A stretch of DNA of 32,000 bases from Polynucleobacter paneuropaeus (GTDB taxonomy: Bacteria; Pseudomonadota; Gammaproteobacteria; Burkholderiales; Burkholderiaceae): the NCBI RefSeq assembly GCF_003261235.1, contig NZ_CP030085.1:1779988-1811987 (forward strand), in the 5' to 3' direction. The notes beneath the pieces are model-generated. The model was not told the origin of the DNA, did no database searches, and saw nothing but the letters and a program-made list of their open reading frames with translations. This document shows, in pieces, positions 1 to 7,043 of the stretch. Position 1 is the first letter of the stretch; each line of letters starts with the position of its first letter. The translations under genes and the position numbers were made by a program.

Positions 1-437
1 CTGGGCTCAAATAAGCCACGACTATTACCAGAACACTGATTAACAGCAACAATGCGTTGGGATGGAAAGTTTTTCTTTAAGGACTCTAGAGAAATCTCTA
101 AAGGTTTTTCTACATTACCACCTACTTTTAGCCGATAAGTATTAGGGTCGATGGATGTTGGAATGCCTGCCATGTGATAACGCACAAAGAATTCATCATT
201 TGGCGTAATGACATGATTGTCATAATACTTAAATGGAGTCTCTAATTGCGGTGGCCTAGAAGTCAGCACAATCATGGGCTTCTTTTCAGGAAAGGACATG
301 AGTTCGCGTTCACCATAGGCTATGGGTAAATTTGTTTTCTCTGCGCCCATTGCCCAAGATGGCAATAATGAACTGGCCCCACCAGCTAAAGCTGCTGTAA
401 TGACTTTACGTCTATTGGTAAAGTTTTCTGAATTCAT
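1..437 (-). CDS. Sulfite-oxidase-family molybdopterin oxidoreductase (SorA-like), N-terminal ~145 codons only; gene runs off the left edge
   Basis: Absent from the ORF track because truncated. nt 1-437 align colinearly (high identity by eye) with 28187-28623, the 5' part of the complete ORF 27403..28626. ATG at 435-437 (minus) gives MNSENFTNRRK, a twin-arginine-type leader. Confidence 0.8.
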   Translation of the reverse strand, partial: MNSENFTNRRKVITAALAGGASSLLPSWAMGAEKTNLPIAYGERELMSFPEKKPMIVLTSRPPQLETPFKYYDNHVITPNDEFFVRYHMAGIPTSIDPNTYRLKVGGNVEKPLEISLESLKKNFPSQRIVAVNQCSGNSRGLFEP

Positions 438-566
438 GGCTGTCTCCTCCACAGTATTGTTTAGCTCATATCAGAATAGCTACTTTTATAGAAGTCTGCG
501 TTAGTGATTACCCTCAGCAATTATTGAAATGATCTTTCAAAACTACATTGCGAGTTAAGGAGAAAA

Positions 567-639
567 ATAGCCCAACAAGTGGGCTATCGTGATTCTTGGT
601 TGCACGGGGCATTATCAACTAAGGCATAGGATGTCTGAC
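567..639 (-). repeat. T-element copy 1 (degenerate): terminator hairpin ATAGCCCAACAAGTGGGCTAT + decayed tRNA-like core
   Basis: Hairpin 567-587 is identical to the other copies. The core TGGTTGCACGGGGCATTATCAACTAAGGCATAGGATG (597-633) aligns with the consensus TGGTGGCCCGGGGCGGAATCGACCAGGGCTGAGGATG with many substitutions. Confidence 0.7.
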
Positions 640-663
640 TATAGCTTTGGACTGATGCCTACT

Positions 664-930
664 TTATTCGTAGTGAGTCCACATTCTTAAGATTCGAACC
701 ATCTTCTCCTTGCGCAAAATTTCATAAACCAAGCGATGTTGAATATTAATTCTGCGTGAGTATGCCCCTTTTAGATCTCCGACTAACTTCTCATAAGGGG
801 GCGGATTTTGGAGAGGATCTACTTCTAAAATATTCAATAAGTCCTGGGCCTTATCTTTAAGGCCTGCGGCAGATAGTTTTTTTGCATCCTTAATGGCATA
901 TTTGGAATAAGCTAAATTCCAAGTCACCAC
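664..930 (-). CDS. yoeB: Txe/YoeB-family toxin (mRNA interferase)
   Basis: 88-aa ORF with YSRRINIQHRLVYEI and a C-terminal HY(E), characteristic of YoeB. Overlaps the upstream antitoxin ORF by 7 nt. Confidence 0.9.
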   Translation of the reverse strand: MVTWNLAYSKYAIKDAKKLSAAGLKDKAQDLLNILEVDPLQNPPPYEKLVGDLKGAYSRRINIQHRLVYEILRKEKMVRILRMWTHYE

Positions 931-1166
931 TTCAATGCCCTTTTACTTTTAGTAATAGGCTCAGCCATTGACTCTTTAATTGACTCACGCATCCCTGGAA
1001 TCGCCAATAGATAAAGCGTTTCCTGAATAGCACTCCAATCTTCTTCAGAAACTAAAACAGCATTTGCTCGCTTGCCAGAAATGACTACTGGCTTGTGTGA
1101 CTCTGCCGCTTGATCAATTAAACGGTAGAAATCTGCTCGAGCTGCACTTGCGGTTAATGTGGTCAT
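924..1166 (-). CDS. yefM: Phd/YefM-family antitoxin
   Basis: ORF 924..1214. I prefer the ATG at 1164-1166 (MTTLTASAARADFYRLID...), preceded by AGGAG. Typical YefM N-terminus and SEEDWxxxxETLYLL motif. Confidence 0.85.
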   Translation of the reverse strand: MTTLTASAARADFYRLIDQAAESHKPVVISGKRANAVLVSEEDWSAIQETLYLLAIPGMRESIKESMAEPITKSKRALKW

Positions 1167-1242
1167 GATTTCACTCCTTTTCAATATGGTACGTAAAAGC
1201 GTACGCTTTGTCAAGCGACCATCTCATCCACCCAACTAATAG

Positions 1243-1315
1243 AAAATGCCCCGCACGAAGCAGAGCATTATTTAAATCTGGTGGCCCGGGGCAGTATCGA
1301 TTAGGGCCGAGAATG
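1243..1315 (-). repeat. T-element copy 2 (variant hairpin CCCCGCACGAAGCAGAG; core TGGTGGCCCGGGGCAGTATCGATTAGGGCCGAGAATG)
   Basis: Core at 1279-1315 ends 1 nt before the stop codon (1317-1319) of the minus-strand lipoprotein gene. Confidence 0.8.
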
Positions 1316-1316
1316 A

Positions 1317-1823
1317 TTAATTAGTGATAAGGCTCATGGTTAGCATCCCATTGTCTATGTCCCCACTATCTTTTTTTAACTCGTCATCCTTAGCGCTATT
1401 AGCTTGTGCACCTGCTGCTGCACCAATAATTAAATCGCCTGGCACAAAAGCCCACAGCGCAGCGCTTACAGCATCACCAGTTGGATTTCTTGGAGAAATC
1501 TGAAATTGATAGCTCTTGCCGGCCTCAAACAGATAGTCATGTGAAAACATGCCTGCTGTATATGAAATATTTACTTTTAAGTTGTGTTTGCCAGCCGTTG
1601 TGTTTAACTGGCATTTATCCCCATTAGGAATAGCGCAGACCTCCAGGCCATCTAACAGAACAATAGCATCTCTAGCGCTCATATCACGACTTCGTTGACG
1701 CTCAAAAATTAAAGTGACGTCCCCACCAGGATTATTAACCGCTGGTTCAAGCTGAGGTGCAGTTTGACAACCCATCAAAATGGCGGTTATGCCGATTATT
1801 AATATCAGCTTTTTCAAGCTCAT
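1317..1823 (-). CDS. Lipoprotein, unknown function
   Basis: ORF 1317..1877. The internal start at 1823 gives MSLKKLILIIGITAILMGC-Q (signal peptide + lipobox). The longer form would run through the terminator hairpin of the next repeat. Confidence 0.75.
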   Translation of the reverse strand: MSLKKLILIIGITAILMGCQTAPQLEPAVNNPGGDVTLIFERQRSRDMSARDAIVLLDGLEVCAIPNGDKCQLNTTAGKHNLKVNISYTAGMFSHDYLFEAGKSYQFQISPRNPTGDAVSAALWAFVPGDLIIGAAAGAQANSAKDDELKKDSGDIDNGMLTMSLITN

Positions 1824-1867
1824 TTGTATCCAGTCATTACTCAACAATATTAATTTGAATATAAATG

Positions 1868-2261
1868 AAAAAACCACCCGAAGGTGGTTTTGGTGTTTCT
1901 TGGTGGCCCGGGGCGGAATCGAACCACCGACACAAGGATTTTCAACTCTGTCCCCCAGACTAAACTCCCGCTAGATCTCAAAAGGTTCACCCCACCCGAG
2001 TCTAACTTTGCGCACAAAACTTTCTTGGGTGTTTGTATGGGGTTGATTTAGTTGAGTTATTTTGACCCACGCAAGGATTAAATGTGAGTTTGGTGGTGTG
2101 ATGGGGATTTGACTGTCACAGGGATGTGATGTCCTTGTCGTGATCGGGATACCCTGCGCATGAAGTGTCCTTTTAAAGGACGTTACTTATTAATGCTGTA
2201 AGTGGATGATAGATTCCTTATATGCGCATATACGTATATATGAGAAGTCCTTTTAAAGGAC
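1868..2261 (-). repeat. Long composite repeat L1: terminator hairpin, tRNA-Phe 3'-half relic, ~220-nt conserved spacer with two TTGAC..CA(A/G)GGATG hairpin modules, two GTCCTTTTAAAGGAC palindromes
   Basis: From about 1893 to 2185 it aligns colinearly with 6752-7040 (L2), with scattered substitutions; the terminator hairpin differs between the two. Hairpin AACCACCCGAAGGTGGTT 1872-1889; palindromes 2167-2181 and 2247-2261. Confidence 0.85.
1901..1945 (-). pseudogene. tRNA-Phe(GAA) 3' half relic (anticodon loop to CCA), no 5' half
   Basis: The reverse complement TTGAAAATCCTTGTGTCGGTGGTTCGATTCCGCCCCGGGCCACCA matches the canonical tRNA-Phe layout: UUGAAAA loop, GUGUC variable loop, T arm, acceptor, ACCA. 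Upstream sequence cannot pair as an anticodon stem, D arm or 5' acceptor strand (no GGCCCGG). Confidence 0.8.
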
Positions 2262-2307
2262 ATCTCAGCGAGCGTCTATTAAAGCAACGGTTACTGCAAT
2301 AAAAGTT

Positions 2308-3117
2308 TTATACCGCCTTATATATTAGGCTCAGCGCAACTAAGAAAGCAAAAATAGCAAAGATTTGTTGCACTCTAGTGCCGCTGATCTTTCTCTCCAT
2401 TAGCTTTCCAAATACAAGCCCCACGAGTGATCCCAAAGCAAATAGGCTGGCAATCTCCACATTTAAATTGCCGGAAGCTAGAGATACAAGAGCCCCACCA
2501 GTAGAAACGATTGCAAGAACACCTAGGGAAGTGGCAACAATGGATTTCATTGGAAGGTCTGTAAATTTCTTTAGTGATGGCACTATGACAAATCCACCGC
2601 CAACTCCCAATAAGCCCGATAAGAAACCAGCAGTTAGGCCTGCATACATTAAAGACCTCGCACATGGCATAGTCCAAATCAATTTACTAATAGACAAATC
2701 AAGCTGACAAGGTGGAGGAGTTGGTGAAGTCGGCAAAGTGCCATGAATAGTCTTATGTGCTTGTATATAGAGCTGTACAGACACAAAAATTAAAATAGCA
2801 CTGAATAGAAGTAGCAATGGCGTATTGGGCACTTTGTTGGCAACCCATAGACCAATAGGGGACATGATTAAGCCAAAGAAAGACATGAAGATTGCCGCTT
2901 TATAGCGCAATACTTTTTCTTTAAGCCCAATAATTGCACCTACAGAAGCTGATAGCGCAATAGCGCATAGTGCAATTGGGCTTGCTTCAGCCACTGGTAA
3001 ATGAACAAAGAACACTAAAAGTGGCACGGAGAGTATGCCGCCGCCCGCCCCTGTAAGTCCCATTAAGATCCCAACAAATACACCTAGAGCTGGAATGATT
3101 AGCGTATGGGAATCCAT
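2308..3117 (-). CDS. TauE/SafE-family (DUF81) sulfite/organosulfonate exporter-type permease, copy 1
   Basis: 269-aa polytopic membrane ORF with the two Gly-rich repeats (GLTGAGGGIL, GLLGVGGGFV) typical of TauE/SafE. About 20 substitutions versus 28844..29653. Confidence 0.9.
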   Translation of the reverse strand: MDSHTLIIPALGVFVGILMGLTGAGGGILSVPLLVFFVHLPVAEASPIALCAIALSASVGAIIGLKEKVLRYKAAIFMSFFGLIMSPIGLWVANKVPNTPLLLLFSAILIFVSVQLYIQAHKTIHGTLPTSPTPPPCQLDLSISKLIWTMPCARSLMYAGLTAGFLSGLLGVGGGFVIVPSLKKFTDLPMKSIVATSLGVLAIVSTGGALVSLASGNLNVEIASLFALGSLVGLVFGKLMERKISGTRVQQIFAIFAFLVALSLIYKAV

Positions 3118-3183
3118 TAGTTGGCCTTCAAGTACAAGTTAATATTCATTGGCATTCGGGGTTTACTGATCCTACAATGAATC

Positions 3184-4059
3184 ATGGAAAATCAATATGC
3201 CCCAATCGTTAAAACCTTTTTTGATGCGCCCACTTGGACTTTTACTCATGTAGTTTATGAAAAGCCAGGTGTTCATTGTGCAGTTATTGACTCGGTGCTC
3301 AATTATGATCCCAAGTCAGGACGAACCAGCACTCATTCAGCAGATGAGGTAATTAAATTTATCCAAGAGCAAAGTCTGAAGGTTGAATGGATTTTAGAAA
3401 CTCATGCCCATGCAGACCATCTAACAGCAGGGTCATATATTAAGGAGCATCTTGGCGGCAAACTGGCAATCGGCAAGCACATTCAAGAGGTCCAGGCTGT
3501 TTTCAAAAACATTTTTCATTTAGAAGATGCATTTCAAGCCAACGGATCTCAATTTGACCATCTGATTGAAGCAAATGAGGAATTGCCTTTAGGTAAGCTA
3601 AAAATTCAATCTTTATTGGTGCCGGGACATACTCCAGCTTGTATGGCCTATGTAATAGGCGATACTATTTTTGTAGGTGACACCATGTTTATGCCTGATG
3701 TTGGTACGGCTAGATGTGATTTTCCTGGTGGTGATGCACATGTTTTATATCAATCAGTGAAGAAGATACTAAGTTTTCCAAATGAAACTAAGCTGTATAT
3801 GTGTCATGACTACCCACCAAACGAGCGGAAAATAGCCTACATGACAACGGTTGGTGAAGAGCGTCAACATAACATTCATATTCATGATGGCGTTTTAGAG
3901 CAAGACTTTGTAGCAATGAGAACAGCAAGAGACTCTACCTTAGAGATGCCCGTATTAATTTTGCCTGCAGTACAAGTAAATATTCGTGCAGGAGAATTTC
4001 CTCCCAAAGAAGCGAATGGCGTTTCTTACCTCAAGATTCCATTAAATTCTCTTGGGTAG
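3184..4059 (+). CDS. MBL-fold metallo-hydrolase (persulfide-dioxygenase/glyoxalase-II-like), copy 1
   Basis: 291-aa ORF with the THAHADH metal motif, then PGHT and CHDY. Paralog of 29720..30586. Divergent from the TauE gene. Confidence 0.85.
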   Translation: MENQYAPIVKTFFDAPTWTFTHVVYEKPGVHCAVIDSVLNYDPKSGRTSTHSADEVIKFIQEQSLKVEWILETHAHADHLTAGSYIKEHLGGKLAIGKHIQEVQAVFKNIFHLEDAFQANGSQFDHLIEANEELPLGKLKIQSLLVPGHTPACMAYVIGDTIFVGDTMFMPDVGTARCDFPGGDAHVLYQSVKKILSFPNETKLYMCHDYPPNERKIAYMTTVGEERQHNIHIHDGVLEQDFVAMRTARDSTLEMPVLILPAVQVNIRAGEFPPKEANGVSYLKIPLNSLG

Positions 4060-4074
4060 TTAATTGATCAAATT

Positions 4075-4308
4075 TTATTTTTGTATTAATAAATTAGCCA
4101 ATTGATCTACTACTTCTGACCACTCTGAGTCTTGGGCCTTAGCTTCAATCAAAAATGCTTTTTGATCTGGTGCCCAGTAAATGGCATCGGGCAGATTAGA
4201 CCCCGGCTTAAGTTGATGTCTTTCTATGTATCTCTCCATATGAATCTTTTGGGATGACAATCCTAACTGCTCAAAAAGCTCTTCCAAAGTTCTATTGTTC
4301 ATGCTCAT
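4075..4308 (-). CDS. DUF2789-like small protein
   Basis: 77-aa ORF. The pattern LEELFEQLGL...FIE..L......EA.FW...QA.FL.E....D.EW.E.VDQL matches my memory of DUF2789. Confidence 0.65.
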   Translation of the reverse strand: MSMNNRTLEELFEQLGLSSQKIHMERYIERHQLKPGSNLPDAIYWAPDQKAFLIEAKAQDSEWSEVVDQLANLLIQK

Positions 4309-4320
4309 CAGAATTCTCCT

Positions 4321-4398
4321 TCACCAGTATTTGAAGCGGGATCTCTCAACATCAACATCCCCACCTATAGCTCGCATCTTCATCTGACAATGTGGGCA
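4321..4398 (-). pseudogene. 3' remnant of a CxxC zinc-ribbon gene, paralog of 24979..25305
   Basis: The minus-strand translation TCPHCQMKMRAIGGDVDVERSRFKYW* aligns with ITCPHCQKPMRAIGADVDAKKPDKDF of the 108-aa protein. The frame is closed by a TAG just upstream, next to a C9 tract (4406-4414). Confidence 0.6.
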
Positions 4399-4458
4399 AG
4401 TCTAGCCCCCCCCCTTGCTAATATCAAAAATGAATGGTGGCGTTGTTTTAGTCCAACT

Positions 4459-4660
4459 TTGACCAACGCAGGGATGACAAAGCCCCAATAGATAAAGCGT
4501 CCTTTTAAAGGACGCTTCTAGTCAATGGGAAAGTTGGAAAACCAAGGGGAAATGGTGCCAGACCGCGGCCTACACTAGAGATTCTATGGACAACTTCTAA
4601 TATTCGGAGAATTCTTGGTGGCCCGGGGCGGAATCGACCAAGGCTAAGGATGCTCGATCC
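4459..4660 (-). repeat. Composite repeat (modules B-C-X-T) including T-element copy 4
   Basis: TTGACCAACGCAGGGATGACAAAGCCCC (4459-4486); 21-nt perfect palindrome AGCGTCCTTTTAAAGGACGCT (4496-4516); ~100-nt X module. The stretch from about 4499 to 4660 aligns with 26917-27079. tRNA-like core at 4616-4653. Confidence 0.85.
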
Positions 4661-4708
4661 TAGTTGGTGATACAGTAAATCTTGATCAAAACACTTTTGG
4701 AGTGAAAG

Positions 4709-5149
4709 ATGCCGACCTATACAGTGACTTACTCAAATACCAAACTAAGTGCCATACAAATGGAAGGTATTGCTCAGGCCATTACCAAAACCCACAATGA
4801 GTGCACTGGAGCGAATACCTACTTTGCTCAAGTGATATTTCAAGAAACTCCAAGTGGCAAACATTTCATGGGAGGTAAGCCCGTTCAAGATAGTCAAATC
4901 TTTCTACATGGACAAATACGAGCAGGGCGACCACCAGAACTCAAAGAAAAACTGATATTAGCAATGCGCGAAGCTTTAATTAAAAGCTCAGGACTCAGTA
5001 AAGATCAAATTTGGATTTATATTGTTGATCTAATTCCCGCCCAGATGATTGAGTATGGAGAAATTCTTCCACTATCAGGTAAAGAGAATGAATGGTTTGC
5101 CAGCTTATCAAGCGATCTTCAAGCAAAACTGAAAGCCTTAGAAAAATAG
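4709..5149 (+). CDS. Tautomerase-superfamily protein (cis-CaaD/Tautomerase_3-like)
   Basis: 146-aa ORF beginning MP (Pro-1 after Met removal is the catalytic residue of the family); size fits the long tautomerases. Its stop codon TAG lies inside the AAAATAGCCC arm region of the next hairpin. Confidence 0.6.
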   Translation: MPTYTVTYSNTKLSAIQMEGIAQAITKTHNECTGANTYFAQVIFQETPSGKHFMGGKPVQDSQIFLHGQIRAGRPPELKEKLILAMREALIKSSGLSKDQIWIYIVDLIPAQMIEYGEILPLSGKENEWFASLSSDLQAKLKALEK

Positions 5150-5214
5150 CCCAACAAGTGGGCTATTGAGATTCTTGGTGGCCCGGGGCGGAATCGACCA
5201 GGGCTGAGGATGCC
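5142..5214 (-). repeat. T-element copy 5
   Basis: Hairpin ATAGCCCAACAAGTGGGCTAT, then core TGGTGGCCCGGGGCGGAATCGACCAGGGCTGAGGATGCC at 5176-5214. It abuts the stop codon (5215-5217) of the minus-strand acyltransferase gene. Confidence 0.9.
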
Positions 5215-6066
5215 TTACTCTGTGGGAGCCAATTCTGCTCCAGCTGGTCTTTTGTAGCGGTTGTAAGACCACATATATTGATATGGCTTAGAAAGTATCA
5301 TCTCTTCAAAATAGTGGTTCATTTCTGTACAGGCATCGACTAGACAATCAGGAAATGCCTCATTCATCAATTGGCTCTTAATGAGCCAGCCCTTTCCTAA
5401 TCCCAGTCTTTCTGCGCTAACAAAAAGGATTGCTACATTTACTTGGCGAGCCAATTTAATTGGAAATGAGGTTGTATAAGCATATTGATTAAAAAATTTA
5501 GCCCACACCCCATCGCCAACGCTAGGCACCTGATCCGCCAATAGGCCAACTACCTCACCCTTTATTAAAGCTCGTTTAATCTGACGAACCCCGCTAATAT
5601 TTGCCTCAACAAAATCAATTTTGGAGTGTTTACGTGATTGAAGCATAAGCTCATTAACCCACCCCTTTCGAGCAGGCCTATACATTACCGTCGCTCTTGT
5701 ATGTTCGGCAAAAATACGAGGCACTATTTCAAAGCCTCCTAAATGTGAAGCAAGAACAATTAAGCCTTTGCCATTTTTGGATAGCTCAATAACTTGATCC
5801 AAGTTTTCAATAGTTACTTTATCAATGGAGGATTTTGGATGCCTCCAAATCCATAATGTGTCAGCAAACATCATTCCAGATTCGGCAGCCGCCCTCCACG
5901 GGGTTGATTTGAATCCCGAATAATGGGCTGCGCTCTGATGATTTTTATATAGGCGTCGTCGGTACCTGGCAGAAAACAAGTAAACCAATACACCCGTGCC
6001 AGCGCCAATAATTTGAATGGCTGCCAATGGAAGTGAGCTAAAGAGCCGCAATATGAAATACAACAT
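5215..6066 (-). CDS. LpxL/HtrB-family lipid A (late) acyltransferase-like protein
   Basis: 283-aa ORF with an N-terminal membrane anchor and the HLGGFE variant of the H(x)4E/D acyltransferase motif. Confidence 0.75.
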   Translation of the reverse strand: MLYFILRLFSSLPLAAIQIIGAGTGVLVYLFSARYRRRLYKNHQSAAHYSGFKSTPWRAAAESGMMFADTLWIWRHPKSSIDKVTIENLDQVIELSKNGKGLIVLASHLGGFEIVPRIFAEHTRATVMYRPARKGWVNELMLQSRKHSKIDFVEANISGVRQIKRALIKGEVVGLLADQVPSVGDGVWAKFFNQYAYTTSFPIKLARQVNVAILFVSAERLGLGKGWLIKSQLMNEAFPDCLVDACTEMNHYFEEMILSKPYQYMWSYNRYKRPAGAELAPTE

Positions 6067-6090
6067 CGGCCATTCTAGACGCTATTAATG

Positions 6091-6169
6091 AAAAAACCAC
6101 CCGAAGGTGGTTTTGGTGTTTCTTGGTGGCCCGGGGCGGAATCGACCAGGACCTAGGATGTCCAATCCT
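6091..6169 (-). repeat. T-element copy 6 (hairpin CCACCCGAAGGTGG variant)
   Basis: Core at 6124-6162. The small distal hairpin AGGATGTCCAATCCT (6155-6169) overlaps the stop codon of 6168..6683. Confidence 0.9.
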
Positions 6170-6683
6170 ATCTTCTATAACTATCTAATTTCTCGCTCAA
6201 AGCCTCAACCGCTTTAGTTAAAGCATAAAGCTCTTTTTCTTTCATCATGTCGATCTTTTGATGAAGTAATTCGATTTCTAGCTCTGCTTTTACATTGACT
6301 TCAAAGTCGTTATTGGCATGTTGCCGATCTATCTCCGAGAGTCTATTCTGACTCATCATGATTGCTGGCGCTGTATAAGCCGCTTGAAATGACAGCATTA
6401 AATTCAAAAGAATGAAAGGGTATGGGTCCCAAACATTGGCATTATTTACAGAGTTATAAGTAATCCAACCCAAAATAGAAACGCTTTGAATAATGATGAA
6501 CTTCCAAGAGCCCACCGTTCTTGCCACCGCATCCGATATTTTTTGCCCAACAGTCAATGGTCCTATGGGTTGCTCGACATGGGCTGTAATTTGGGTCGGC
6601 AGTCCTTGGCGATGCCTTTTTCTGTGGGCACGCAAAGCGTCTAAAACTTGAAGTTCTTGATTGGTAGGTATGGCTGTAGTCAT
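6168..6683 (-). CDS. DUF1003-family membrane protein
   Basis: 171-aa ORF with two TM helices, DPYPFILLNL..S.QAAYTAP.IMMSQNR and a C-terminal coiled coil, as in DUF1003. Confidence 0.75.
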   Translation of the reverse strand: MTTAIPTNQELQVLDALRAHRKRHRQGLPTQITAHVEQPIGPLTVGQKISDAVARTVGSWKFIIIQSVSILGWITYNSVNNANVWDPYPFILLNLMLSFQAAYTAPAIMMSQNRLSEIDRQHANNDFEVNVKAELEIELLHQKIDMMKEKELYALTKAVEALSEKLDSYRR

Positions 6684-6726
6684 GGGGCTCTCCTAGTGTG
6701 CTTTCTGTACTCTACGCCCATAAAAG

Positions 6727-7040
6727 AAAATAGCCCAACAAGTGGGCTATTGAGATTCTTGGTGGCCCGGGGCGGAATCGAACCACCGACACAAGGATTT
6801 TCAACTCTGTCCCCCAGACTAAACTCCCGCTAAATCTCAAAAGGTTCACCCCACCATAGGCTAACTTTGTGCACAAAACTTTCTTGGGTGTTTGTATGGG
6901 GTTGATTTGGTTGAATTATTTTGACCCACGCAAGGAGTGAGAGAAAGTTTGGTGGCGTAGTGGGGATTTGACTGACGCAAGGATGTGATGTCCTTGTCAT
7001 GTTCGGGGTACCCCACGCATGAAGCGTCCTTTAAAAGGAC
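6727..7040 (-). repeat. Long composite repeat L2 (paralog of 1868-2261)
   Basis: Hairpin 6730-6750, tRNA-like part from 6760, conserved spacer, GTCCTTTAAAAGGAC at 7026-7040, 3 nt before the stop of 7044..7406. Confidence 0.85.
6760..6804 (-). pseudogene. tRNA-Phe(GAA) 3' half relic, second copy
   Basis: Identical 45 nt to 1901-1945; the same lack of a 5' half. Confidence 0.8.
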
Positions 7041-7043
7041 GGG

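Noticed and set aside
322-504. Plus-strand ORFs 322..504 and 28508..28705 (MGKFVFS...)
   Set aside because: They are antisense to the 5' ends of the two sorA-like genes and are conserved only because the sorA copies are. No RBS and no family.
1780-1974. ORFs 1780..1974 and 6648..6833, which end with the identical peptide [23 protein letters not shown]
   Set aside because: The shared C-terminus is just a translation of the tRNA-like repeat, and the upstream parts overlap real minus-strand genes.
1901-1990. Intact tRNA-Phe genes at 1901-~1976 and 6760-~6835
   Set aside because: Only the 3' 45 nt fit. The would-be anticodon stem (CAGAG / TCCTT) does not pair, there is no D-arm, and there is no GGCCCGG 5' acceptor strand within tRNA distance.
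1901-2270. tmRNA (ssrA), given a ~370-nt conserved element ending in a T-arm/ACCA
   Set aside because: The acceptor lacks the G3:U70 pair. There is no GGGG...TTCGAC 5' end and no tag-reading-frame-like segment. Two copies sit 5 kb apart.
2375-2707. ORFs 2375..2677(-), 2378..2707(+), 28890..29441(+), 28911..29213(-)
   Set aside because: They are nested in or antisense to the TauE permease genes. Their Cys/Arg/Pro-rich translations are typical of off-frame reads of a membrane-protein gene.
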